The notes beneath the pieces are model-generated. The model saw only the letters and a program-made list of their open reading frames with translations, ran no database searches and had not been told where the DNA came from. From the NCBI GenBank assembly GCA_043228905.1, contig JBHGNT010000010.1:4712001-4776000 (forward strand): DNA of 64,000 nt, written 5' to 3'. The translations under genes and the position numbers were made by a program. Below are positions 1-13,200 of this stretch, one piece after another (the first letter of the stretch is position 1; the number at the start of each line of letters is the position of its first letter). The DNA is from Azolla caroliniana. Its lineage: Eukaryota > Plantae > Polypodiophyta.

Positions 1-108
1 GATATGGCACATGATCAAACAGTCAAACTGTGATAGGACATTACTTGCAGTAACATCCCTGATTTGTATATTATCTCATAGCTTTTGTATTATATACTTA
101 TTTTATAG

Positions 109-1778
109 GAGCCAGTACCACATATTGTTGCTCGACCATCCCCCAGTAACATCCTAGAATGGCGTATGTATTATTGTTCATTATGAGTTGTACACAGTTT
201 GGATACTTGACATTACTTACAGTTAGTCTTTTTGTGTCTCACAGATTTTGTTTTGGAAGGGAGTGACGGAACACCTTTTGCAGGCAATGATGCAATTTGT
301 GTTTTGATAAAATGCATTTAGACCTCCTTGATTTATTGGTTAGAAGTGTAATTCAGGAACTTAAACCTTTGTACATGCAGGTGGAGTTTACCATGGCAAG
401 GTTAAATTTCCACCTGAATATCCCTTTAAACCTCCAGGCATAAGGTGATTATACAATTTAATTTTGACTATAGCTTGAAGATTGGAGATTGTTGAATATA
501 AGATTATTATACCATCTTTCTAACTTGGGAAAGTTTCATTCTTTTGTCCATATTTGCAGCATGATCACTCCTAATGGGCGGTTTGCCACCCATAAAAGAA
601 TTTGCATGTCTATGAGCGACTGTAAAGTTTCCAACTCATTTCATAATGTTTGTTTGCTTAATCATCAAATCTATGAGGTTTTTGTTGTCGATGAGATCTT
701 AGAGATTCTGATTATTCTCGGTTTTCAACTTCGCAGTTCATCCCGAAACTTGGAATCCGATGTGGTCAGTTTCAAGGTATTTTCAAGAATGTCTACAAAT
801 ATGACCTTTACCTTAGCTAAATAAAATGACAACGTTCTATAATTTATTCATTTCATCGTGCATGGGGTAATAGATATGAGCCACATTACAGAAAACATAT
901 ATAAATGGTGATATTTTGGGATCTGAAGATCAAGATTAAATGTACAGTTAACTTAAGTGCCATTCATTAGTAATACAGTGTTAACAGTAACTCAGATGTT
1001 CGACACTTACTGTCTGTTGTATATTATATTTCTATTTAACAGATACTATTTGATTAACCATTTTGTGTAACTTATTTTGTAATTATATTGCAGCATTCTT
1101 ACAGGACTGCTGTCGTTTATGGTAATCATTCTTTCTATTGTTGATTTTGCACTTATTAACCTGCTGTAACGTGTTATCCTCGATGTGCTCTGCACATATT
1201 AAATGTTGTCGGTATACGCACAGATGGATAATACCCCTACAACAGGCAGTGTCTCTTCCACCCCAGAAGAAAAGAAACGGTTAGCTCAAGAATCACTGGC
1301 GTTTAACTGTAAAAGGTAAGGGAAATGCATGCAAATCTGGAAAGAGTGCGTTTTATAAATAGATATCAATGACCTCTGTTTAATGTTTTTAATCCTAGTA
1401 CCAACTTATATGTAATGGCAGTCCAACCTTCACCAAAATGTTTCTTTAATGTATTTCAGCTCATCATACTGTTTTTTATCGTGCTGCAGCCCAATCTTCA
1501 GGAAAATGTTCCCAGAGTATGTAGAGGGGTATATGCAGCAACAGAATGATCCCAAGGATAATGCGAAAAAATCAGAAGCGAAGGTAGAGAGTGGAGAGAA
1601 TATAGAGATAGAGAATGGAGAAATAACCCCAATTTCAGAAGGAAAAGAAACACAGAGTACTGGCAAGCAGAAAGGATCAATGGCAAAGTTCCCTATGTGG
1701 CTTACTGCTATTCTCTTTGCTCTCTTTGCAAGTATCATGGCTTTGCCTCTTCTAACCTTAGATTTTGCTCAGTTGTGA
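109..1778 (+). CDS. UBC33/UBC34: Ubc6-type ubiquitin-conjugating enzyme E2, tail-anchored (5' end lies upstream of the window)
   Basis: Exons 109-163, 245-283, 381-444, 560-621, 737-776, 1094-1121, 1224-1315 and 1490-1778 (669 nt, in frame). Translation: [96 protein letters not shown]... The catalytic Cys lies in the Ubc6-type TPNGRF...IC motif. C-terminal hydrophobic anchor FPMWLTAILFALFASIMALPLL. Introns are GT-AG except 284-380 (GC-AG). Confidence 0.95.
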
Positions 1779-3220
1779 GATGCTTTGGAACTGTCAAATA
1801 TATGGTATGTCCTCTCAAAGCTTGGAAGAGGTTGTAATTCTCTTTGAGATAGCTAACTATCTATCTATCTATATATACAGAAATACTATGTTGTCTGCCA
1901 ATTGCTTACGTACTTTCCGCACATCGTGTTCCAAGATTAAATGTGACGTGGGTGTCTGGTCTTCAAAAATACTGTGAAATATGCAATGTTGTGGAACATA
2001 AAAAAGCGATGGCTTGATGAAGCTTTTCTTATTAATAGAGATATGGTGATTTGAAGAACTGCCTCTAAAGGATAACACCAATGCAGTTGGTTTTAGAAAT
2101 GCTGATGATTACAATATGCACGTTTTGACATCATGAACCTAGTGAAAAAGTGACATATAAAATGGGTAATATATAAAGCCCTTAAATGCATCAAATGGGT
2201 TTTCCATAAATGCCAGTTGTCGTATGCTTGTACATTAGATATTTCTACCTGTTTCTTGATAGCGAGAACTACTTGGTACCAAAGCTTTGCACTTTATGAT
2301 ATGTCTTCTTGCTTGTGGTCTCTTGGTTTTTGTTAAGTCATCAGTTTTGGGAGTGAGAAGAGTCATGGTGGCAATCTTTTCAAACTTGCATCATATTAAG
2401 TTATGGAAGAAAAGCAATGAGGTGAGTTACGGAGAAGTATTGAAGTGGTTGTATGAAGACAAAAAAAAGGTTTAGTTGGATTGATATTGGTAGTGTATTT
2501 TTGTTTTACTATTTTGCACCATAAGATAAATGTACAGCAAAAGGACGATTAATTATATATGAATGTACACACATATATATAGCTTCAGAAGGGATAAGTT
2601 GCTTTATCACAAACTGGAAATTTGTGACTCCTACCAAGACGTCAAATCTGTTAGAGGTATTCAATTCCCTTTGTCAGAAAAGGGATAGCATTGTTTTCAT
2701 TGAAAATGAAGTACTGTACAACTTTAGTTTTGAGTCCTAAAAAAATGTCTTGCTTGGTTCTTTTACACTCCAATCCAATATGGGCATCTGTTTTTTTGGC
2801 GCATGTGATGATGCAAGGCTATCTTCAATGTCAAGAACCAGTGTAAAGTTTGAAATGCAGAGATTCAAGTGTAGCTGACATATATACTCCCTTTTTCATA
2901 GTAAACCAGCTGCAGAGGTTAAAGTGCATCTGACAAATATTTTCCCTTTCAATTGTGAAGAATGTAATATCTATGATTTCCAAGAAGGGATATTTTACAT
3001 TAAATGTTGGGCATTTATAACAATAATGAGATACGGCGCTTACCAACAAAATGGAGTAAATGCACTTCTAAATGATAAAACCAATGATACATCAAACAGT
3101 ATTTTTGCAACAAAGGAAAACTCAGACATTTGGCTTTTCATTTGTCTGAGAGGGTACTATGTTGTGGCTTCTGATTTAACGTTTCAAAACCTTCATTTTA
3201 CTCCCAATTTTTTACTTAGT

Positions 3221-3340
3221 TCCATTCACATTAACAAACTCATCCCTTGCTTCACTACCAAACAAACAAGTGAAATATGGGCTCCATTCACATTAACAAA
3301 CTCATCCCTTGCTTCACTACCAAACAAACAAGTGAAACAT
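3221..3340. repeat. Short tandem duplication (~60 bp x2) between the two genes
   Basis: tccattcacattaacaaactcatcccttgcttcactaccaaacaaacaagtgaaa occurs twice in tandem. Confidence 0.85.
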
Positions 3341-4265
3341 GGGCAAAGTGTCAATAGTTCACTGCAATACATTGCATTGCGTCCTCTTATAATGGAACAC
3401 ATTATATATCAAGATATCACGCATTGCATTAAATAAACAAACCTTTAAGCACTCCATAGAGAAGAAAATCTAATAAATCAAAAGATTAGATACGATACCC
3501 ATCCATTTAAAGAATAAAAGATTTTAAGTCCTAGTTTTGAAGGCTTTTCAAGCCACGCTTTCAAAGCAACATTAGATTGTCTTTGAGAGGAAAGACTTGA
3601 TTAATATAAAACAGGGAGCACACCTAAAAGAAACTCCAAAACAGTATTGATAGTACTTGACACCATGAATGGAGCGACATGTGTAATTTGAATGTACATT
3701 CCATCCTGGGATGAATAATCAATCAAAAAACTGATGACTTAACTGCTTGCAGATTTCACGGGCTAGCTAATTGGTTATTTAAGTCACGTCGAAATGCCCA
3801 AAATCACTGTAATCCGTAAGCTATGCAACCCATAGCATAGATACTCGAATGCTTTTCTATGAAATCAGAATGGATCATTATAGCAAAGGGGTACAGTCAA
3901 TTCACACCAAAATTTACTGTAAAATGAAATTCTATATTACAACAGACCAATCCAGTTGTGTCCATCAAAGTCAATCATCATCATCATCATTGAAAGAGGA
4001 TATGAATTCCCATTTCAACTTTCAATAACAATAGTATAAAAGAAACCTCAGGAAGCTCTGTATGTGATTGTTGTTGTGATTGAGCAGAGCACGTAACTTT
4101 TATTGGTCTTCCAAGAGAGAAGATGACATGAACTAACCTTCTTTTGTGTAGTGTTTGAATTATGAAGTTCCAATATACAAGAGAGAAAGGAAAACTTGGA
4201 TGGGATTAATCAACACTTGGGGAAAAAGCCTTTAGCGTCTAAAATGATAGTAATCTTAAAGAACC

Positions 4266-7200
4266 TCAGAATGGTGATTCGAGGGGTTCATCCCACACTT
4301 CTCCACTACCGTTTGATGCATCTTCCCCGTTCTCCTCCATTGATAGACGTATGTATTCGTGATGAGCAAACCTATCCCATTCAGTTAAGGTATGTTCCTC
4401 ACGCTCCTGCAACATTTTATTTTTATACAGACAGTTTCAATTTCATCAATCATCATCGACAATATCTCAAGTCTTAAGTAGAAAGTAATTATATTAACAC
4501 CAAAGGGAATAACGTGTAAAGAAGTGTTTTTACATGTAGAACACATTATGTTTGAGGAAAGATTATATTAATTGTGTAATCATGATTGTGAATGTTGTTT
4601 GATCTTGTAGGGTTATTAGGGTTCCCATTTTAAGAGTCTTTCAAGCCAAGTGTCCTATGAGAACCAACAGATTTAAAACCATGATTGTGTCATGTGATAT
4701 TTGAGAAACAAACATCAGTAAGTTGAAATAGAAAACTTCAGGTAGAAAATCTAGTAAGCAGATGAGGATGGGCTACGTATGTTTTACCTGACGAATGAGA
4801 ATTGGATCCCTCATCTCAAAAGCCACAAATTTGTTCAGATTGAAAAGGACATTGAAGAAATTCCCTGACAACTTACACCTCTTTAGGTCTCGCAATGTTA
4901 ATATTCCCTCGTTCTGCAAAATATGCACACCCAATAAATGAAAAGAAAATTATGCAAAAGTTAAATACAAACGATATAAGCCCCCGGTTTGCTACAATTT
5001 TGAAAACAAATTTTTACACTACAAGCTATATGAGAATGAAAATCAAACCTCTGGGCCAACCATATCCATCATTTGACAAACAATATCCTCAAACAAGACT
5101 GGTTCATGTGCCATGCATTCCATTCGGTGGAGCTGTTCTTCATAGAAATATAACATTTCCTTTGGTGTAATTATACCATCAGAATCTAAATCGATGCATT
5201 TAAACCTGTACAGAAAAATCATTTCATATCATTGAAAAATAGTATTTATGTAGCTTAGCTATTGGCATATGAATTTATACAGAAACCCACCAGAATAACC
5301 ATTTTTCCTTTTTGTCCTTGAAGTTTTCACTACGTAAACAAAATGCTATGATATTTCGATATAAAAGCGAAGAGGCAAATAGAGAAAACATTGTACCAAT
5401 ACTCAAGACTTGTTTCTGATGTCTTGTCTTCTTCTGATAATATGAACCAAACAAAGTCTTCATATCCCATCTTCCCTGATACCTTGCTTGTGAACTTTCT
5501 AGGAGCCTAAAAGAAAAAAGAAAAAACATAACATGCAACATGTCCTGTATTTCTAAATACTATATGTACTTCAAAGAAATGCATTTAATTCCGCATAGAG
5601 ACACTGCCCTTATCATCTGATACCATACGCACAAAAACATACCTGAGAAAATATTCTATCCACAATTCTCCATGTCAGTGAATGGTTTCCATATCGCAAA
5701 AGGTCATCCTTGTCGATAAGGAAATCATGATCAGTATCAAGCTCCCAAAATTTGCAGTAGATTACATAGAAATGTTCGTAAGAGAAGTACCTATTGAAAA
5801 AAGAAAATTCTGAAACAGTCCTTATATGTTCACCTTTATTCCTCTTTTCTTTAAATATACGCATACATTATATACGCATGGATGATAACACACTCCCAGA
5901 GCCCACAAAAACATGCATGGGAAGCACACGTACATACACATAAATACATAAAACCTGTCATGTAACTGTCAAGCTAAGGTAGCAGCTTACTTGAGCACTC
6001 TGTTTATATCATCTTCAGCCTCAACTTGTTGAAAAGCATTGATTAGATTGCTACGCTTTAATTCCCTCAGCTGCATGCAACCATTTCCTGACCTGTTTAC
6101 GTGGTAGAAAATTCTGTAGACAACAGTTTCAGCTGCATAACAAGAAAAAACGATAAGTTCATCTTTTTCCGAACAGATGGACTACCATATTGCCATGCCA
6201 TACTTTTACCAACAAGGTTCAAATCTCACTAACTGCCTTTATTTATTAGATTGCAGTAGATACTGCACAATTTAGGGGTTGATTGCATGACCAAGTCTTT
6301 GTTAGACAATCTTATCACTCTTGAGCTGTATCCGCCTACTTTTTGTTGCTAAGAGGTATTATATTATGCCATAGGAAGGATACACAAATAGTTACACAGT
6401 CACAAAGTGCAGGTAGGATTCGAAAAGGATAATCAGGTAAACAAGAAACAAGCAAATGACACATAGTCAATGGGATGCCTACCCTCTCTGAGAGGAGAAT
6501 TTGTCAACTATGTCATACAGAGTCAGATTCTGATGAGCACTACACATGCCCGCCCCTACACAGTATATAATGAGTTCCAAGGATGCATCCACTACCTCTC
6601 TAGCACATAAAAGACATGTACAAATGACAGATGTCAGACTTCTTTGGAAAGCTGTGCCAAGAGACATTGGATCATGTACAGCCAGCAATGTGTAGATAGA
6701 TATTACCTCACCAAGCATTTCAATCAGTTCACTGCAGGTATCAAGAATATGTGGATCATCACATAGATGATGTTGCCTACATCAAAAGATGAAGAATATC
6801 ATTACACAAGATCCAGCAAGATCCACCAAACAGTTCACTACAGATGACATTGATGTCATACGGCATCATTCTACGAAAATGTTCATGGACAGATCCACTC
6901 ACAGACTCCTTCCAGGTTTGCTTATTTGTTACATTGTATTAACCCCATATTAATCATACTATGGTCCCTATATTATTGTTGTTTGATTGCAACCTAGCCA
7001 TACAAGTTAGGTACAATGTAATTGTTTTTATATTAATGGCCATTCTATAAGATTCATGTGGATGTAACTTTTTCTCTTATGGCATGACATGGAGACATAT
7101 CCTTAGAAGGCATTGGTGTGATCATTTAGCCCTGGACATGGACATGCACATGGATGTGTGTGGCAATCTTACATGGTGGACTCGAAATAGTATAGTGTAC

Positions 7201-10200
7201 TTCAGTTAGGGTACTAGGTACTTATATACAGGATAGATGACCAAAGCATTTATTTGTGAATGTTGATTTTCGTCCATGGATTACTTTGACTTTTTGAAGA
7301 TGTCCGTAGGTGAATATGTCTCAAAACCCCATATTGAGCACAACACAAAAGGACTCCCAATATGTGCCATAATCTCCAATACCTAAGAAATCCAAGCACA
7401 ATCCTTAAATGCAGAAGGCAGTCTAACCTCCCCTTGAGCAAACACATTGATAAGGAGGTTTTGACACTCCACTCAAAGAATTCCACACAGATATGAAGCA
7501 GTGATTGAATCAGAGCCCAGTACTCAATATCAAGGTCAAAGAGATACAAGCCCTAAGCCAAGTAGGATTTAGGAGAACCTCTTCTACCACCGCCCACATC
7601 GTTACATTACATTGTTAGGTTGACCATACAGAGGGGCAAAAGTAGCACTTATATGGATGCATCATAGATTTTCTATAGAGCCTTTGGTATTTATACCCAG
7701 GGAATGTTTCCTACAAAGACTTCATTCATTGATTCCCACTGACATGATGTGGACATGCATGGACTCCATAACCAAGTGTTGAGACGAGTTAGGTGTCCAG
7801 GGGGGCTATCAGAGGTAATCACAAGCACCATTTCAGTGAAGCAAGAATTCCCACTCTTCCCTATCTCCTTTGGGCTATATGTCAATAAGGTAGCAGACAA
7901 TGTCACATATGAACGGAGTAAGAGAATTGACATATTAAGTACACCTGTCCACACTTGTCTTTACAATGATGACATAATCTTGATCTCTGAATCTTATGCA
8001 GGTCTACAACAACGCCTTTGATGTTTTTTGCCACGAAAAATGGCTGATCATAGTAAACCTAGGAAAGACTTAAGGCCATGATCTTCCACAAGATCTCTTC
8101 ACCCTATCAGGTATGCAAATCTGGCTGATCATAGTAAACCTAGGAAAGACTTAAGGCCATGATCTTCCACAAGCTCTCTTCACCCTATCAGGTATGCAAA
8201 TCGAAGTAGTTGATGCTGGAAGGTGATAGGCCCAGAACTGATCTCTCCCTTCTGTAATCTCTCTCTGCACATTTTCTCTCTGTAGATTTACTTTACTCCA
8301 ACATTTATTACAGTTGACTTTTAGATCTTACAATACCTATAACAGCATTTAAAGCATTGCTCCATTCTCTACATTCCTCCACTACTTTTAACTCATTATG
8401 TACCAAGGAATATTCATCTCCTTAGATAAATGCCTGGATTACAAAAACCCACTCTCATTTTTGTATTTAAAGACTTTGAGCCTCACGAAGAAATATAGTT
8501 CTTGTTTTAGGTTATTGTTAAGCTGCTGCTAGCCTTTTTGGCATCTTACAACTGTTCATAACAGTTTTCTCCCAGTTCACTCCTACATATGGGTACATTT
8601 CTATGACCAAAATCATATAGATGACTTGATCTCTGAATCTCGCACAAGGTCACGATCTTCCACACTCTATCAGACAGGCAATTGAAGAAGTGGACTCCTA
8701 TGTATATTTAGAAATTACATTTACAAGCATGAATGGACCCAAGTCACAAAGCATCAATTCACTCAAGGATTTGCAGCTTTTGCGTTGCTAGAAATGCCAT
8801 GTCATCAGGTACACTTCAAGAACACAATACAAAATGTATGGTTATTCAACACCATGATTATCCTTGTCCTAATGTATAGTGCAACTACATGTGGGCTCCA
8901 CACCTCCCCATATATATGTAGATACAAAATAGAGCGTTTTCTAGTCATAATGTTTTCATAGATGATGCATAGCACAGGGCATTTACCCACATGAGATCAT
9001 CCATGCTGGACTGGCAGCATCCCCAATGATGGTATAGAAGCATTATTCCTGAAAATGAACCTCATCAACTAGATTTGAGCCATGCCACCTCGAAAGATTA
9101 CACCAAAAGGCATTTAAAAAATCAAAGCCACTAGTAACAGCAGCACATGTAGAAAGATCACAGTACTAATGGGTGATGAAGATGGAGATGGCAGAAACCG
9201 CAATAATCACAAGGCATTGTTCTGATCAATGACTGGTATCCAATGGCTTTGGTAGCTCCCTAAATGAAGGTATGTAAGGTTCAGACTTCTGTACTCAAAA
9301 CAACTTGCTAAACAGAGAGATATTTGTTGTTGGTATGCTGAGACACAACAACAGTTCAACTCGCATGGCATAAGCATAACTGCACTACCCCTGTTCCAAT
9401 ATAGCTTCGATTGTCCCCATCTAAACATGACCAAGGTGGAAAAGAATGGAGTGATCCGAATTGACATTATCAAATTGGATGACAGAAATATTTGGAGAGA
9501 CCATTTTTCTCAATGATTGCCTACATGATAAGGAGCAAAGCATTGGTGTCCTAGGATCATAGTTGTAAACTACTTGCCATATAATACTCCTGTAAAGTAT
9601 TTTGAAAGTATTCTACCTTTCCTTTAAATACTTAGAATCACTGTTCCAAAGATAAAAAACGTAGAATATGCAGAGAATACATTGAATACTTTAAATGCTC
9701 TCTTGCAGGGGGACTTATTTCGTGGTGTTCACACCTGCAACAAATTGTTGCACTCTCTACTACAAAAGCTAAGTATATATCAGCTACAAAGTTTTTAAGG
9801 AGGCCATATGGTTAGCTCTCTTGTATATTGAGCTTGGCCCTCCCAAAGCAAAATCCAGTCCTACATTCTGATAATCAAAGTGCCATATGTTTAGCAAAGA
9901 ACCCTGTTTATCATGCAAGGACTAAACATATTGATATTCAACATCATTTAATTAGAGAGGTGATAGAGAATGGTGTAATCCAACTAGTAAAGATTGATAC
10001 CACCAAGAATCTGGCAAATTTTCTAACAAAGTGTTTATCAAAGACACTTCACCAACACTGCCTTGAGCAAGTGGGAGTTATCTAGTAGAGTAACCTGGTT
10101 GCTTTAAGTGGGAGGTTGTTGGGATTAAAGTCTCTTAGACTGCTCCTATTAAACTAGAAAAACATTTTCATATAATTTAATAGGACCAACATAAGGGACT

Positions 10201-13200
10201 TTCATCACAACACAGAATACATTAAATACATTGAAATATTTTAAATACATCCTATATTCATATTAAATCTACCCATTGTTTTTAGGCCAAATTTTTATTT
10301 ATTTTTAGGAAACATAAAAAATACTTATTAAATATGTACAATACATGTAATACTTACAATACTTTAAATGCATGGAACATTTTGAAATGGCCATTTAAAA
10401 TGTAGAATATGTGTTATATATATATATATATTACCATAGTCATAGTCATCATAAAAAAGTCATAGGGGAACTTGAACCCATGACCCTTATTATATATATA
10501 TCTAAGCTTTAACCAATAATTATCATTTTATATATATTATTTATAATATAGATAACTTGGCTATATACTTAACATTACGAGGTATCTCCAACCCACAAGG
10601 CTAATGCATGATAACCTAATAGTATGCTTGCATGAATGCCTAGATTGCATGGATGCAAGGTGGCAAGCATGAATGGGTTCAAACATGCTTTGTAAGCACG
10701 TGCTTTAATATTTATGACTACATCATAAAACCTATATGGCGCCGCATTAGAAGTAATATTCCGCAAGCAAGAATGGCATGTGAGTATGTACGTATGATGA
10801 ATACAAAGATATATATGGGTTGAAGTAGCACATTGTGATGATAAACATTATTTGGCAAGTTGTTAAATTCCTCATAGAGAGTTCAAAAACTATAATTTGT
10901 ATGAGCTAGATCGTGATGATCCTTTTTCCAATATGTGTGATGACATTCTTACATATGAAAAGATTGGAAAAGTGCTGGTTGTGGGACATTTTAATACTAG
11001 AGTTGTAACTTATCAAAATGTGAAAGTTCATAATACTATATCATGGTAGGCTTCTCATACACATATGCTTAATTGCAAAAACTTGAAGATTCTCAATGGT
11101 AGCCATGTATTTCTAATGAAAAATGTTTTGACATGTCTCCTAACCTCAAGAGGAGGAAGTGTAATTGACTATGTAATGGTGAAAGAATGTGATGCATCCA
11201 TGGTGAATACATTCAGAATTGGCCCATTGTCATTAGACTCAAAACCACAAGCCTTATACTTGCACATTTCAACCAAAGTCTCATGCAATGATCAATGCAT
11301 TACAGTACAAAAGAGGCACGTAATGAAACTTGCAATCAAAAAGCTAATCTATCTGCAGATGAGGTTCAAAATTATGTCAAGAAACTCTCCCTTAGTGGAG
11401 ATGTGGAAACAATTTGGGAGCAAATGAAGGATGTCATTCTCAAGGTAGGGTATCAATGTTTCAGTGCACATATAGGTGGAATGCTCAAGCTTGCAAAAGT
11501 TAAAAATGCAAAAGTTCATATTATATCAATATTGAAAGAATGGTGGGGAGAAAGAAGAGGCGATATTATCAAATGCAAGAAAGGAAGAAAACACAAATGT
11601 TTAAAATCCAGCCAAAGTTAGCAAAGTTAGCATGGAAACAACTCAAGGGCAAAAACGAAGGTATGATGGGTCAATTTATTGATAGAGATAGAACAATATG
11701 TACATAAACTTTATATGCACTACAAGGTAATGCCTATGACATTTTGAGTATGGGAACACCATATAATGTATGTCTGCCTAATGAAGATGTCATTAGTCGG
11801 GCACAAAAGATGTCCATTAGCAAAGTGGTGGGTACAACTTTAATGATAAGTGAGCTCTTGATACAAACAAGACCACAAACTCAGAAATGGACAGTAACTA
11901 TCATGGATCGTGCTATGAAGCAATGTTTTCCAAACGATGGGCTGAAGGATTAGATTAAACCAATCCAGAAAGGAAGATTAGCTCATGGATTGACCAATCA
12001 GGTTCTAGAACAAAATATTCCACTATCAATCATTTGGTTACACTTACGAGTAATTATGGAAGAAAGTCAACTTCAAGAGAAAACACTATATTGTTGTTTT
12101 GTGAACTTCAAGAAAGCCTTTTTACACTATATCAAAAAGTGAGTTCAAGAGAAAAAATGATTATACCTAAGAGTAATTATTGAAGAAAGTCAACTTCAAG
12201 AGAAAACATTGCATTGTTGTTTTGGAAAAGAATGATAAAGATCAGAATGTCATTAGAGTATCGCGAGTGTATGAGAAATTTAGATGCTCATGGAAATGGA
12301 TAGCGGTTTCTTGAAGCACTTATTGAGCAACATGGGATAAAAGCAAGGGTGTCCACTCTCTCCCACAATCATTGGTCTATGCATCAATAAACTTGAAGAA
12401 ATAGTAAACAAGGGTACAAAAAGGAGAAGAACTAGATAGCTCAAAACTCATGCAAGGGCTTTTTTTATACTCTTGTATGCCAATGATGTTTATTCTCATA
12501 TACTTTGGATAATATGCAACACTTACTTGATGTATCGGAAGCATTCTATCAAATCCATGCACTAATTGTTAACGAGTACAAAACAAAAATGATGGCAGTA
12601 AAGGTGATTCAACCAAGACACTACAACCATGATCGTCTCAATGAATGAATAGGCTCATGCCATAAGTGGCATGAGGTTGAACAAGCCTTAGGAATGAGAG
12701 TGTAAGAGCAACAGTCATCTAGAAAATCATAAAGTAAATACTAAAAGCTTTAGTGAGCAATGGGATTTCAAATTTTTTCAAATGCACCATTGGTGTTAAC
12801 CAAGGATGCCCACTCTAAACAACTCTATTTGGTCAATGCATTGAAGAATTCGAACAAATGGTTGTCAAATTTTTAAATGAAGAAGTATTCAACAAGTTGC
12901 TGCTCGGATTGTAGTCACCATGTCTTTGTTGTATGCAGATGATGTGCTTTTAGCAAAAGTTTTAGATGACATAAAAGTTTTATGAGTACATTGGAAGACT
13001 TTAGCGTGCCTACTAAGTTGAGTGTCAATAGCTCTGAAATGAAGATTATGCTTGTGAAGAGCCAAAATAAAGATAAACGGTGTATTATGCGCCACTTGAA
13101 ACCATGGAAAGATTTAAATACCTCGGTCGTAAAGCTCCCTCAAATAATAGATGGAAAGAACATGCTAACCCATGCAAGCAGGAAAGAGATCTTATTATGC

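Noticed and set aside
2924-3436. 170-aa ORF between the two genes
   Set aside because: AT-rich, no recognisable motif, partly made of a tandem duplication, non-ATG start.
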